Under the pieces are notes generated by a model, which was not told the DNA's origin, did no database searches, and worked only from the letters and a program-made list of their open reading frames with translations. Positions 24,140-35,512 of a stretch of 64,000 bases of DNA are shown in pieces. Both the position numbers and the translations under genes were made by a program. This DNA comes from Selaginella moellendorffii (Eukaryota > Plantae > Lycopodiophyta). Location of the stretch: assembly GCF_000143415.4 (NCBI RefSeq), contig NW_003314427.1, forward strand, positions 124,001 through 188,000, in the 5' to 3' direction. Each line of letters begins with the position of its first letter. The stretch's first letter is position 1.

Positions 24140-27100
24140 ATGGAGAGGTTTCTTCTTCATTTTCGAGATCACCCACCTCTTTCATTCTCTCAGAGTATTG
24201 TTTCTGAAAGTTTTTTATGTCGGCGTTTTGATCGTTGTCTTGGCTCTATTTCTTTAGAGGCTGTGATCCGCAATGACACCGGTATAGTTGCATACTCGGA
24301 GTTTCTTCTTTCTGGTGTGGGCGAGGGTGGACAACAATGGGATTTACAAAATTCCAAGTCGAAGGAGATTTGAGTGTTCGGATCTCCAGTCAAAATGCCA
24401 AAATGCACTCCAGCAAAAGTGAATGTGAAGCAAGAGTCAGCCGTTATCCTCTTGTCCTCTTCTAGTTCAAGTGGAGATGTCATGCTAGTGTCGGTGCCAA
24501 ATTCACCAGCTCCAGCTCCAACTTCAGCAATATTCAAAGCCGTTAGCAATGCTTTCCAGTTTTCACGCCTCTCAATCGACGTGCACTTGTTTTTGTATAG
24601 GCTTGTGAGTGAGCTTCCATCCTCCTACAATGGCAACATTTTCTTCGAGCTACCACCTCTTGTCAGCAGCACAGGTTTCAAACGGAAGGGGATGGAAACC
24701 AAGCAGGATGTCCACAATTGGTGCAAGATCAAGACCACACACTTCCAACATTTTGAATGCATAGTGTCTATAGTTCATTGTGGTGGGCATTTAGATTGTG
24801 TGAATGAAGTATGCAATCGAGACCGCTCTAGAAACTCTATATTTTTCGAAGGGTCTGCAGTCAATCCTCTAGCCTGTGACACCATTGCTGTTGGATTCAA
24901 ATGTCGATTCTGCAAAAATGCTCCTCTATGTCGTGCTATCTGCGAGGCCAAGATGTACTACTTTCTTCCACGGGATGGAGTGGCTGGAAGAGCTGCAGTG
25001 CATGTTGGCACACATATGCATCCAATGCAGGAACGGATACAAAAGAGTTCTCTCAACCGTTTCAAAGATGCTGTATAGGAAGAGACTATGAGAAACTCAT
25101 CTGCAACTCCGAAGCATGTTCAGAAGACCGTCCTCAAGGATTTTATCACAAATACCTTACTCAATCCAGGTTGCCAAAAGACTCAACTAAACGAGGCTAG
25201 CTTGCGGGACTTACTACGAGGAGTACAACCTGCTACTAGCCTAAGGAGGTACATCCGTTATTTTTCATATGTTATAATAATAATTTTTTTTTACATTATA
25301 TTGTTTAGGATAAAATCTTGGATGTGTGAATCTCGAGAGGGGAAGTTGCAATCAAAAATTGACTCCATCCTTGAATTGAAACGGACCTGTCCATACGAGT
25401 TCATCCACGGAAGTTTGTTTCCAGACCAAGTTGTGAATGAGCAAGAGCGCCCCTTCGTCTTCAAAATGTCTACCATGGGCCCTGCCTCTGGCGTAGATCT
25501 TGTCTCCTGAATGGACATGTTTGGGTCTAGTGACCTTGCAAATGCATGGGTACATTTTGACCATATGGAGCGTGTATCCGGTTGGACAACCATGGGAGCT
25601 CATGTGTATGATCCAAGGTAATTTTTATTCTCATTATATTGAAATTGTTATAATATTTATGTTTTCATAGGCTACGTTGTAACTTAACAATTGCGACAGC
25701 AGAGTTTAAAGTACAAGACCAGACAGCACAGGAAATATTTTGGAAGTCCCTCTCTGATATTGTCCTAAAGCAGACTGGTAAACCTGCAAACTTTCGTGGT
25801 TTCATGGCAGATGGGGCTTGTGCAAACTGGAATGGTATCCGAGCAATTTTTGGGAAGGGTCAACCATTGGAAGGTCGTGAGAGGACTTGTGAGTTCCATT
25901 GGGCTCAAAGCCTAAACCAGCACTCCCACCTTATTAAGCCAGAGTTTCAATCAATATTTAAGGAGTTGTGCAAACAATGGTAGGTTGCACCTTATGAAGA
26001 AGAGTATGAGGCAAAAGCAAACGAGATCCGAATGTGGTGGCGTGAAGATGGCCATACAGACGTAAGTTGCCTACCACAACTTGAGTCATGGTTAGGATGG
26101 TGGGAAGTTAGGATGTTCCAATGGGGACATCACTCTTTTCAGGTTGGTTTATATTTTTTCTTCTCCTTTTATTACCTTTTAATATTGCCTTTTCCATTAG
26201 GATCAACCACTTGAGGACCTTGCATACAACCCAACTGTGAATCTCTCCAAAAGTAAGCATTGGAGTTGGCGTTCCTCTGAGGCAGGGAAAGGGAAGATGA
26301 GTCTATACGAAGCCTGTCTATCAGATTTGATACGTGCTATAAAGCAATCTTCAAAAGCACTGGCATTCGAGGAAGGAAGATACATGGGAACAGGGCCTTC
26401 TGTTGAAATGTTACATGATAGGATGAAGAGAAAATTAACTCCACCCGCCCGAACAGTGGCAACTGTAGTTGAGGAAGTGGTCCGTGGCACATCTATGGAG
26501 TACACTCCCTGAGCTTCTATTGGTGATATGAAGACTGTCCGCTCAAAGCGTCGTTTTTCCTTTGCTGGGGAAGATGTTGGTACGGACCTTGGAGCAAAAA
26601 GCTCTCACAGGCCTGATGTCGAGTACCATTCTGCTCCAAGACACCGCTCTCGGACCGAGCCACCTCAAGTGGCTGATGAAGAGAGTGCATCGCAACAGGT
26701 TGAAATTGCTTACCGTAGCGTGGAGCCGAAGCAATGGGCAATCCGACGCGTGCCAGCAAAATCAAATGTAAGGTGTGTGGGGATGCTTCTGAGGGGCAAG
26801 TGTTGGGCCTGGATTCGTGGTGAAAAATCTGCTTCTGTTCCAGCCCCATGTTTCTATGGGGAATGAAAGCAAGTAGGATTTTCAAGATGGTGTTGGCTAT
26901 ATTGTTGCAACACCGACGCCAACCATATGAAGCGGCTTGAAGACACTATAGTGACTAAACCTGATGCAGTACCTAAAGAATGGCTGGTTGCTAATGGGGT
27001 CGCACTCACCTCGGATGAGATTGACAACCTTGAGAAATCTGGTTTTAATCTTGAGAGGAGAGTTGGAGACATGAGTGACAGGAGCAGGACTATTTCTATA

Positions 27101-27478
27101 GAGATGCACAGGAGGCCAGCACGAAAAGGTAAGGCAGTTAAATTTATTGGTACCGTCTCCAAGCAGAAGCAAGGTAAAATAAACTTGGCTCAAACACTTG
27201 AGTGTGAGATTCTCTCCACGAAGTACATCACTGTGCTTGCAAAAGAGTACACAGTCAAAACAGAAGGTGGAGAGTACACAATTGCCATTCACGACTTTCC
27301 TTCTTGCACATGTCCAGACTTTACGAAGCGCGAGGAACATGGAAAGGCATATGCTCCTTGCAAGCATATGTACTACATCTTCATCAACATCTTGCACCAG
27401 GATCCTAAAGTGGATATTCATATACACCAAGCAAGTCTTACTATTGCTGAGTTGCAGAAAACTTTTGGAGCTAATTAG
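24140..27478 (+). pseudogene. Transposase: GCM/WRKY-like Zn DNA-binding domain + Mutator-like DDE core + C-terminal SWIM finger; several premature stops
   Basis: N-terminus HNWCKIKTT…CGGHLDCVNEVC…CRFC…CEAKMYY…HVGTHMHP. Core WVHFDH (D1), FMADGA (D2), RTCEFHW (CxxH) and NLSKSKH (expected catalytic E appears as K). SWIM CTCPDF…CKHMYY. Introns ~25249-25308, 25618-25670, 26143-26200. Stops at 24371, 25076, 25508, 25981, 26510 and 26864. Confidence 0.85.
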
Positions 27479-27572
27479 ATTTCTCCAACACTATCGATGT
27501 TTATTCTCTATCAATAATAAAACTTATTATACTTTATATAATTAATACAAATGTGCTTTTTCATTTCACTTT

Positions 27573-28025
27573 TCATTTTATATGCTTCCAAGTGTTCTTC
27601 TCGCAATACTGCCCATAGTACTCGTGTGTCTCCATTTCTGTCTTTACCATCTCAAAAAAGATTTCATGGTAGTCTTTCGGGTGTGTGATGTTGCAGTGTG
27701 TCACAAGAGCATATATACCATCATATTGATCATTGCCATTGTTTCCACCAAACGCTAGAAAATATATAAGGCACTTCTTGAAAGTGGCAGAATTGCACTT
27801 TTCTAAAACAAGTAAAAGGGCATTCTTTTTCACCCAATTTGTTGCACCCTCTGTCATTGCATTTATCTCCAACTCATGATCACTATCCTCACTATCCTCT
27901 CTTTCATTCTCTTGTGTGATTTGGTTATGCTGTGCAATGGGATAGTTATTGCATCTCCTAACCCTTGAACCCTGGGAAGAAAGATTGTGAGAGTTAAAAT
28001 TACCAACACTAGAACCCATAGACAT
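27573..28025 (-). CDS. 150-aa orphan ORF convergent with the transposase (transposon cargo)
   Basis: ATG-initiated, stop-free ORF in AT-rich context. No domain recognised. Confidence 0.5.
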   Translation of the reverse strand: MSMGSSVGNFNSHNLSSQGSRVRRCNNYPIAQHNQITQENEREDSEDSDHELEINAMTEGATNWVKKNALLLVLEKCNSATFKKCLIYFLAFGGNNGNDQYDGIYALVTHCNITHPKDYHEIFFEMVKTEMETHEYYGQYCEKNTWKHIK

Positions 28026-31000
28026 TTGTGGGTGTATTTCTCTTTTTTCGAATGAGAGTGTGAATGAAGATCTATAAATTCTAGACAGTATGCTACGACA
28101 AACCCCTCAAGAATGTATTTTACAAAGAACCAAGTCTTTCTTTTATATGCAATAAGCTTACATCAATGGTTATTTTTTTTCCTTTCAAACGGTTATATGG
28201 CTTCATATAGAATCTTATTTCAAATTTAATAATTTTTTAATTCTGACAAACCTAACATTTACTAGCTAGAAAGCATAGAGTACAAATTTAAAGAAGTGAC
28301 AAGAATACTTTTTTTGCAAACATTTTATTTTATGTTCTAACAAATGTCCCTATCATTGCATGTAGTAAATATTTAAATTATTAGAACAAAACGTGTTCTT
28401 TAGAACATTTTTATCTATATAATATATAGAGAGTTATTAAATTATTAAGTTCGCCATAACCTTAAAATTTTAAAATTTATAATGTTTGTACTAAATTACA
28501 ATTGAAAATTGAGCTCAACTCGTGAGCTCAACTCTTCAACTCGTGAGCTCAAGTATGGTCCGCGCCTGGAGAAACCGCAGAATAAAGACAGAAGGCACTA
28601 CTAGCTATAAATAATCATTAGGATTTGTCCCCACAAAATAAAGAAGGCCGTCTTCAAGGCGATATTGAGAATGTAAATGCCGGAAAGGCAAATTATCAAC
28701 AAGTGATGTAGGATTCTCAAACCCATTTCAAAGCCTTCGAATCCATGACTCAATCTTTTAAGCCTCGCGAACTTTATCAAGAGAAGGTAGATCTTGCTCT
28801 GCGCCTTGTGGACACTGAACCTCAAGTACAGCAACTGCCGATGGCATAGAATCCTTGTCTAGAAAATCCACAGATGTTAGAATAACATGCTCGTAAGAAA
28901 CATGAGAAGAGAGTGGAGAAGGAAGAGGAGCTCGAGAAAGGGCAATAGCATCAGCCATAAAACTCTCTAGGCGATGAACAATATCAAAATTATATATCTG
29001 AAGCTTCAAATCCCATTGAGCAGTATGACCAACCAAGTTCTTCCACTTTAATAATGAAGTAACAGCAGCATGGTCACCTTCAAGTAACATCCAAAAGCCA
29101 TGTAGATATACATGAAGTTTCTCAAAACCCTAGACTGCTGCTAAACACTCATTTGTTGTGGAGTAGTTTATCTCCGCTAGTTGTAATGTACAGCTTATAT
29201 ATGCAATGGGATGGCGCTAACCAGGCACACACGAGCTCTCTTGCATCAACACACCTCCAAGACCAATGTCAGAAACGTCCACTCGCAAAATAAAAAGTCA
29301 AGTATAGTCAGAATATGCCAAAACCAGAGGAGTTGTCAATAGCTCTTTGAGATCCAGGAATGCCTACTCACAATCTGGAGAATAGATGAAAGATGACGTT
29401 GATGACTTCAGCAACTCTCGCAATGGTGTAGTGTGATTAGAAAGATGATCCACAAAATGACCGAGATACTGCACTTTGCCCAAAAAGCACTACACATCAT
29501 TCACACACTTCGGAGTAGGGAACATTAGAACAGCCACGAGTTTGTCAGGATCAACTTGCAAACCCTCACAAGAAATACAGTACCCAAGATAAGTTGTGTC
29601 TTTGGACCCAAACACACACTTCGACCATGCCAGCTTTAAACCAATATCGCGTAGTCGATCCAACACTTTACAAACATCACGAATGTGCTCCTCCCACGTC
29701 CCCTCCAAGTGGATCAAGACATTATCAATGAAGTCAGCAGTCACCTTTGGCATATTGCAAAGAACTTCGTCCATCATCCGCTGGAAAGTTGCTGGAGCAT
29801 TGTTCAAACCAAATGGCATCACCAAGAACTCATACAAACTAAATAGTGTACGAAAAGCAGTCTTAGGAATATCTTCTTTGGCCATCGGTACTTACCATTA
29901 CCTAGAAGCAACATCTAACTTGGTGAACGAACGACTTCGCCCCAGATGATCCAAGAGATCAGTAGTGTGAGGAAGAGAGTACACATCTGGGATTGTCACT
30001 TCGTTTAATGGATGATAATTGATGCAAAAACGAATACTCCCATCAGGTTTTGTCACAAGATGAAGTTCACATGCCCAAGGACTCTGCGACTTCCAAATAA
30101 CACCCTTCTCCAACATCTCCTTGACGTTTGCACATAAAATCTTGATTTCCTTAGGTGACTGATGACAAATAGAAACCTTGATTGAGCAAGCATCCTCAGT
30201 TGGAATCAGATAACATATGGCAATCTTGGCTCCAGATGATAGGTCAAATTCAAAGAGATTAGAATACTCTTTTATGAGCCGGTCAACCACTGCAACACAA
30301 AGATTGTCGGAGGGATCGGAAAAGGGAAGAGCAAAACAAGATGGAAACATAGGAGGAAATAGTAGGGGAATAAAAGTAATGGAAGCAGAAGTAGAAATAA
30401 AGGGACAAAAAGGTATAGAAGTGAGAGGAATGGATGAAAGTAATGGAAGCAAAAGTAGAAGTAGAGGGACGAAAAGGTATAGAAGTGAGAGGAATTGATG
30501 AAACATAAGGAAATATGAGATAAGGGGGAGAAGCTTCAAAGTCACACTTGGTATGATTGCACTGCAACCAATCTATACAAAAAATGAGATCAAAAGCTTG
30601 ACTCGGCACCACCCGCAATAACTGCAACTCAAGCTCGAGATTGCCCACATGCACAACCAGATCTGCCTCATCCCGTGCACATGCATGTGGCCATTGCTAT
30701 AAAGAATGAAAACTGGTTCCGCCGCATGACACAAGTGTAGACGGCAACGTATGGCAACAGGTCGAGCAATAGAAGATAAACTCGAACTTGTATCAACCCA
30801 CACAGAGAGAATAATAAGAGACCTCTTGTTATAAAAAGAAGCTTGGAAAGTAAACACTAGATGAACCGGTGCTGAATGAACCCCTTGATGATACTCTTGA
30901 AAGAAAGATGGAAGGGTCACTAACTTATTCGCACAAGGTCCCTCTGTTACTTGTGCGACTCCTTGTTTCCCATATGCATCTCAATGTCCAGACCTTCCAC

Positions 31001-32265
31001 TACAATAGCACTAATAGGACGTTGCTGATGCCAAGTCTCTACCCAGGAAATGGAGGCCCCTAATCTGAAAAACACAGACAATGCCGATAAGTATGACCAA
31101 CTTCATCACATGCTCAGGAGTGAACATCACAGCCATGACCATGTCCTTGCCCTTGTCCTTGGACTTGAGTAGCAGCAACATCAACCTACATTGGAACATG
31201 ACCATCACCCATAAGAAATGGAGTTGAAGGATGTGCAACGAGAAGTGGAAAAGGCGACATCTCATAACGTTGTGCCAAGGGAAGAGCATCGTCAAGGGTG
31301 GCAGGAGCAAGTGCATGCACAAGTCCGAGAAGATCTTGATAAAGTGCTAGCCACAACATTCCGAGCTTGATCCACTCCGACATATTTGGCTCCGCACGAA
31401 GTAAAAAACTTTGGAAATGAACACCAAATTGCATCACCAACTTAGATGGCCCTTGGTGAAGACGATGCAATTGTTGGAAGGCATCATCACAGTCGTCAGC
31501 ATGTCCGGAGGCGCGTTTGATGACGTTCTAGAGAACACTCCAATCCCCACGAGTGGCTACGCTCAAACCATTTTACCACTACAACGCCGTCCCTTGGAGA
31601 CACATGGGAAACTCATGCAAACGTCGAGCATCATCCCAGGAATGATATATGGCAATCACCATGAAGTGATCGAACGAATGGTACACATCATCCCCAGGAT
31701 TCCCGCGAAAGAACTCCGGTTGAACGCAAGGATTGGCACCAAGAGCAGGAGGAGTTGTACCATGTGTTGTGAATGCCACCATCAACTGAGTTTGGTTGTT
31801 CAATTGCAAGTGTATAGCATCAAACAATTGTACCAACTACTGCTCTAGAGGCAAAGGAGGAGATTGTTAATCTGCCATATAGATGAACAAAAAAGAAAGA
31901 GCAAAATAAGAGAAATGACAAAAAGTTAGAAGGAAATGGTAGATCTAGACAATGCAAAAAGCTAGATCTAAACCAAAAACCTGAAAGGAAAGAACAAAAG
32001 AAAGGAAATAGAAAAAGTTAGATCTAGACAATGCAAAAATTATATCTAAACCAAAATCCAAAATTCAAGCACTTCTCAAGGACAATCAAGGATGCTTCTC
32101 AACTCCACCAATGTGAGTGTTTGGAATATGGAAAGGGAATACAAAAAATGTGCATATTCATTAACCTAAAAACCATAGCTTATGAGTGGTCTGAATTAAA
32201 ACTACCAAAATCCCACTATGCTAATATTAGTATACGGCATCGTAGCTATACATTTGGCCCTCACA

Positions 32266-32490
32266 TTATATTATTTTATGTTCTAACAAAATATCTCTAT
32301 TATGGAATAGAGTAAATATTTAAATTATTACAACAAGAAGTGTCCTTTAGAACATTTTTATCTATATAATGTGAAACTATTACATTCACCATAACTTTTA
32401 ATATTTTATAATTTTTGTAGTAAATTACAATTAAAAATTAAGCTCAACTCACAAACTCAACTCTTTAACTTATGAACTCAAAAATGGTTG
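32266..32490 (+). mobile_element. Older decayed copy of the right terminus of the DNA transposon
   Basis: Collinear with 28325-28560 (attttatgttctaacaaa…gtaaatatttaaattatta…ctttagaacatttttatctatataat…aagctcaactc). Confidence 0.85.
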
Positions 32491-32494
32491 ACTA

Positions 32495-34010
32495 TCATTT
32501 CCATTGCCTTACAAGTTCTCCTAAGAGGCTTTCAACACTCTAATAAAGCAGAAGCTATATATTACAACCAATAGAAGAGAATTACTCCACAATAAAGAAA
32601 GAGTGCTTAGTAGCAATTTGAGGTTTTGAGAAATTCATATATACTTCTATTTGGACATCATTGCAAGATAATTATGCTGTGATCACTTCATTATTGAAGT
32701 GGAAGAATTTGGTGGGCTATATTACTCAATAGGCTCTAAAGTTTTAAATATATTACTTCAAAGTTATTCATCACCTAAAGAGTTTTGTAGTTGATACTAA
32801 TGCTTTTTTTCGAGCTTCTCTTCATTCTTTATATTTTTTTCTCATGTTTCTAATGAGCTGATTGTTCTAGAATTAGTGGATTTTCTAAACAAAAATTTTG
32901 TGTTATTGACAGTTGTTATATTTAATATTAAGGTGTAGAGTTAGATTTACCTTATTTTGATGAGGTTTATGAGGCTCAAAAGCTCAAAAGCTCAAACTAT
33001 AGATTTGAAGGCTTTATAATGGGTTTGAGAATATTGTATCACATGCTAATAATTTGTCATTTCAGCATTTATATTTTTATTATTGCTTTAAAAAATGCCC
33101 TTCTTTACTTTATAGAGATTAATTTTGATGATCATTTGTGATTAGTGGTGCTTTTGATTTTTATTCCACACGTTCTTTACACTTGCTATAACTTTTCTAT
33201 TCTAGGTAGGCATATAGGATATTGTCATATGATTGATAAGTTGCGTAAGTCTTTTGATTAATTGGAGATATAATATAATAATTTTTAGTATGTATATAGC
33301 TACTTTTAGTGCCAATACTCCTCTTTATGTTGCATATGTAGTTAATTATAATTTCATATTTATTTGAGTTTGTGGCATTTGATATAATAGAGTTTTTTTC
33401 ATAGTCAACTATTGAAATGAGTATGCCATTATTGCTTTTGACTACTTAATTTTTTATGTGGAAGTTAGTGTTTTTTCTAGTGTGCTTACAATTGCTATTA
33501 GATACCTCCTCTTCAATCAAGTAGTATTCTAGCATTTTTTAAAGCAAATTCTTAGATAATGGTCTTGTATTTATATCTAAGGTATTTCATGTTTTAATGT
33601 TTCGGTTGAAAATATACCACACTTTCATAAGTGTTTATTATCCACAAACAGATATTTTGGTAGAATGACTCATTTGGATTTTCAAAGAGATGATCACAAG
33701 ATGGTTATTTGCCATCTCTTGTATATGTATATATATCATGGGAGTACAAAATTCCATTAATGCTTCATTATATAAATTTTTATATGGTTATGATTCAATA
33801 TAGTCAAAAGAATTGAGTTTATCTTCATTGTTGCTAGGATTAATATTTAAAAAACAATCTTCCACTAGTTTGAATAAAGTTTGTTAAGCACTTTAGTTGT
33901 ATATAAGTAGAACACCAATAACACTACAACTTCTATCATTATCCACTTGTAAAATATAAAGTGATTAATTTAGTGTTAGTTTGTTTTCCCAATCCTATGG
34001 TACATGTTAA
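32495..34010 (+). mobile_element. Heavily AT-mutated inverted copy of the same Ty3/gypsy RNase H-integrase region, lacking the DNA-transposon insertion
   Basis: Collinear with the reverse complement of 29220-28576 joined directly to 15707-14810. Confidence 0.8.
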
Positions 34011-34183
34011 AATTTGTAAATTGATAGGCCAAAATTTAAAGAAATATTACAATGAAATACTAATGTATTTGTAAGTGGTGCAACTTATGGTTATAATGTT
34101 ATATATTATTATTAGTGTAATGGAATTTAGCCCATCAACTAACTGCTTTCTATCTAAATGCATAATTAAGATGCTATAAACTA

Positions 34184-34452
34184 TCTATAATAATAAGAAC
34201 GAAGGGCCCAGACCCAAGCCAACCTTGGAAGCCATGGTTCTCCGGGAGGGGAGTCCACCCTAGGCCCGGGCCAGGCTTGGTGGCCATGGTTAGCCAAAAT
34301 ATCAGCTCAATGTTGTGGTGGGTAATGGGCAAGATGCACATGTGGTTGGGAAGAGAAGAGGGCATGGTGACAGGTGTTACACCATGCACTCCTAAGGCTC
34401 CATAGTTGCTCTGCTTGCCTGCAGTGCACAGCATTTGCTGGGCAAGTACTCG
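34184..34452 (+). mobile_element. Candidate ~270-bp non-autonomous Helitron
   Basis: A|TCTATAATAATAAG 5' end, GC-rich body within AT-rich flanks, an imperfect GC hairpin (gcctgcagtgc-aca-gcatttgctgggc) and a CTCG|T 3' end (a variant of CTAG). Confidence 0.4.
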
Positions 34453-34871
34453 TTATTATCATAGTGAAATTTTGAAAACAAGGTTTTGATTTTTGAATAG
34501 ACTAAATAACAAAAGAGATACCTTCTTAGTACTAACTTAGCTACATCCCCTAATTATTAAGATTTGTTTAGAATAGATCCCACTGGACAAAACTTACATT
34601 CTGAAAGAAAGCTATTATAATCCTCTACATTTCTACGGAGACCAGCTTTTGGAAACTTCGATCGAGTATCGAAAGACAATGCAAACCTGAAACAAACAAT
34701 TCAACGATATTAGAAGACTCAATCTACGAAAGAAGCACTACCACAAGCGGTGCTACTCTTCCAGAACTAAAGTCTGAGAAGAAACAAGAAAAACGATCAA
34801 AGATCTATCTGAAAGCCAAGGAACCAAACCAGGAAAAAAAATGAAGGAAGAACAACACTTACGATCGATCA

Positions 34872-35405
34872 TTAGTAGAAGCGGTGCTGCCTTCCCAAGA
34901 GAGACATCATCCTCTCCATTCCATTGATCCCAACGTTGGAGGCGATCTTGAGAACTCCCTGGAGAGGCTCGAAGTAATTCCCATAGACGTACTCGGGCTT
35001 GTACATCCCTTCCTCCTCGTCGTAGAGAAGCATATGGCCGTGCCACTCCCACGTCCGATATCCCACCTCCATCTCTTCATCGTAGCTCACGCAGACATGG
35101 TGATTCCCCACCGCGATGGATTTGCTCGAGTTGGGCTCCAATCGCTCCCACTGGCCGCTGGTAATGATCTCGATGATCGCCTTGTCCATGGCCGCCTTCT
35201 CCTGGACGAGCTTGGATCGCCGCCCAATCTGCTGCTGCTGCTGGAGGCCATCAAAGACGACTGGCCCATTGTCACGCATTTGCGAGCGAAGCCCCAATCT
35301 CTCCATCGCCACGCTCAGCGGGATGTTGTTCAGATGGCTCCCGGCCATCCCAGCGGGCGTCTGCGGCGGATCCTCGCGCTTGGGCGATGCCGCGACCCTC
35401 CCCAT
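34872..35405 (-). CDS. Conserved-looking uncharacterised plant protein (intronless, 177 aa)
   Basis: Intact ORF from ATG 35405 with GC3-rich codons. Motif WERLEPNS…HHVCV…WEWHGHMLLYDEEEGMYKPEYVYGNYF. Confidence 0.8.
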   Translation of the reverse strand: MGRVAASPKREDPPQTPAGMAGSHLNNIPLSVAMERLGLRSQMRDNGPVVFDGLQQQQQIGRRSKLVQEKAAMDKAIIEIITSGQWERLEPNSSKSIAVGNHHVCVSYDEEMEVGYRTWEWHGHMLLYDEEEGMYKPEYVYGNYFEPLQGVLKIASNVGINGMERMMSLLGRQHRFY

Positions 35406-35512
35406 GGCTGCAATACAGAGAATCGATGGAATCGCCCTAGAGGAGCTCAAGAACCCTAAAATGTGGGCGGTAATAAGAGAATGCTAGGGTTTGCATTATG
35501 GTTGTAGGGCTC
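35406..35512. promoter_or_regulatory. 107-bp bidirectional promoter/5'UTR region with two telo-box-like motifs
   Basis: Divergent ATGs at 35405 (-) and 35513 (+). AACCCTAAA at 35452-35460 and TAGGGTTT at 35485-35492. Confidence 0.5.

Larger units (their letters stand above)
15717..28566 (+). mobile_element. ~12.85 kb TIR DNA transposon (Mutator-like DDE) carrying a ParB-methyltransferase gene and orphan ORFs
   Basis: Direct repeat TGGAGAAAC at 15708-15716 and 28567-28575. Imperfect TIRs (C)AGGGATGGTCCAAAGTTGAG vs (C)AGGCGCGGACCATACTTGAG, with subterminal TTGAGCTCA repeats. Removing the element restores the host integrase frame (FILRFLHAYHDSPILGGHMG), and the spacing equals the uninterrupted paralog at ~33160-33205. 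Confidence 0.88.
14600..32265 (-). mobile_element. Decayed Ty3/gypsy LTR retrotransposon, split by the DNA transposon at 15717-28566
   Basis: 5' LTR 32112-32265 (TGTGAG…CTCACA), with PBS TGGTGGAG (tRNA-Ala-type) at 32103-32110. gag 31000-31836 with a degenerate Zn knuckle, protease ~30560-30900, RT 29490-30200 (YEFLVMPFGLNNAPATFQRMMD), RNase H ~28900-29300, integrase 14700-15707 (HDSPILGGHMG). 3' LTR not found. Confidence 0.85.
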
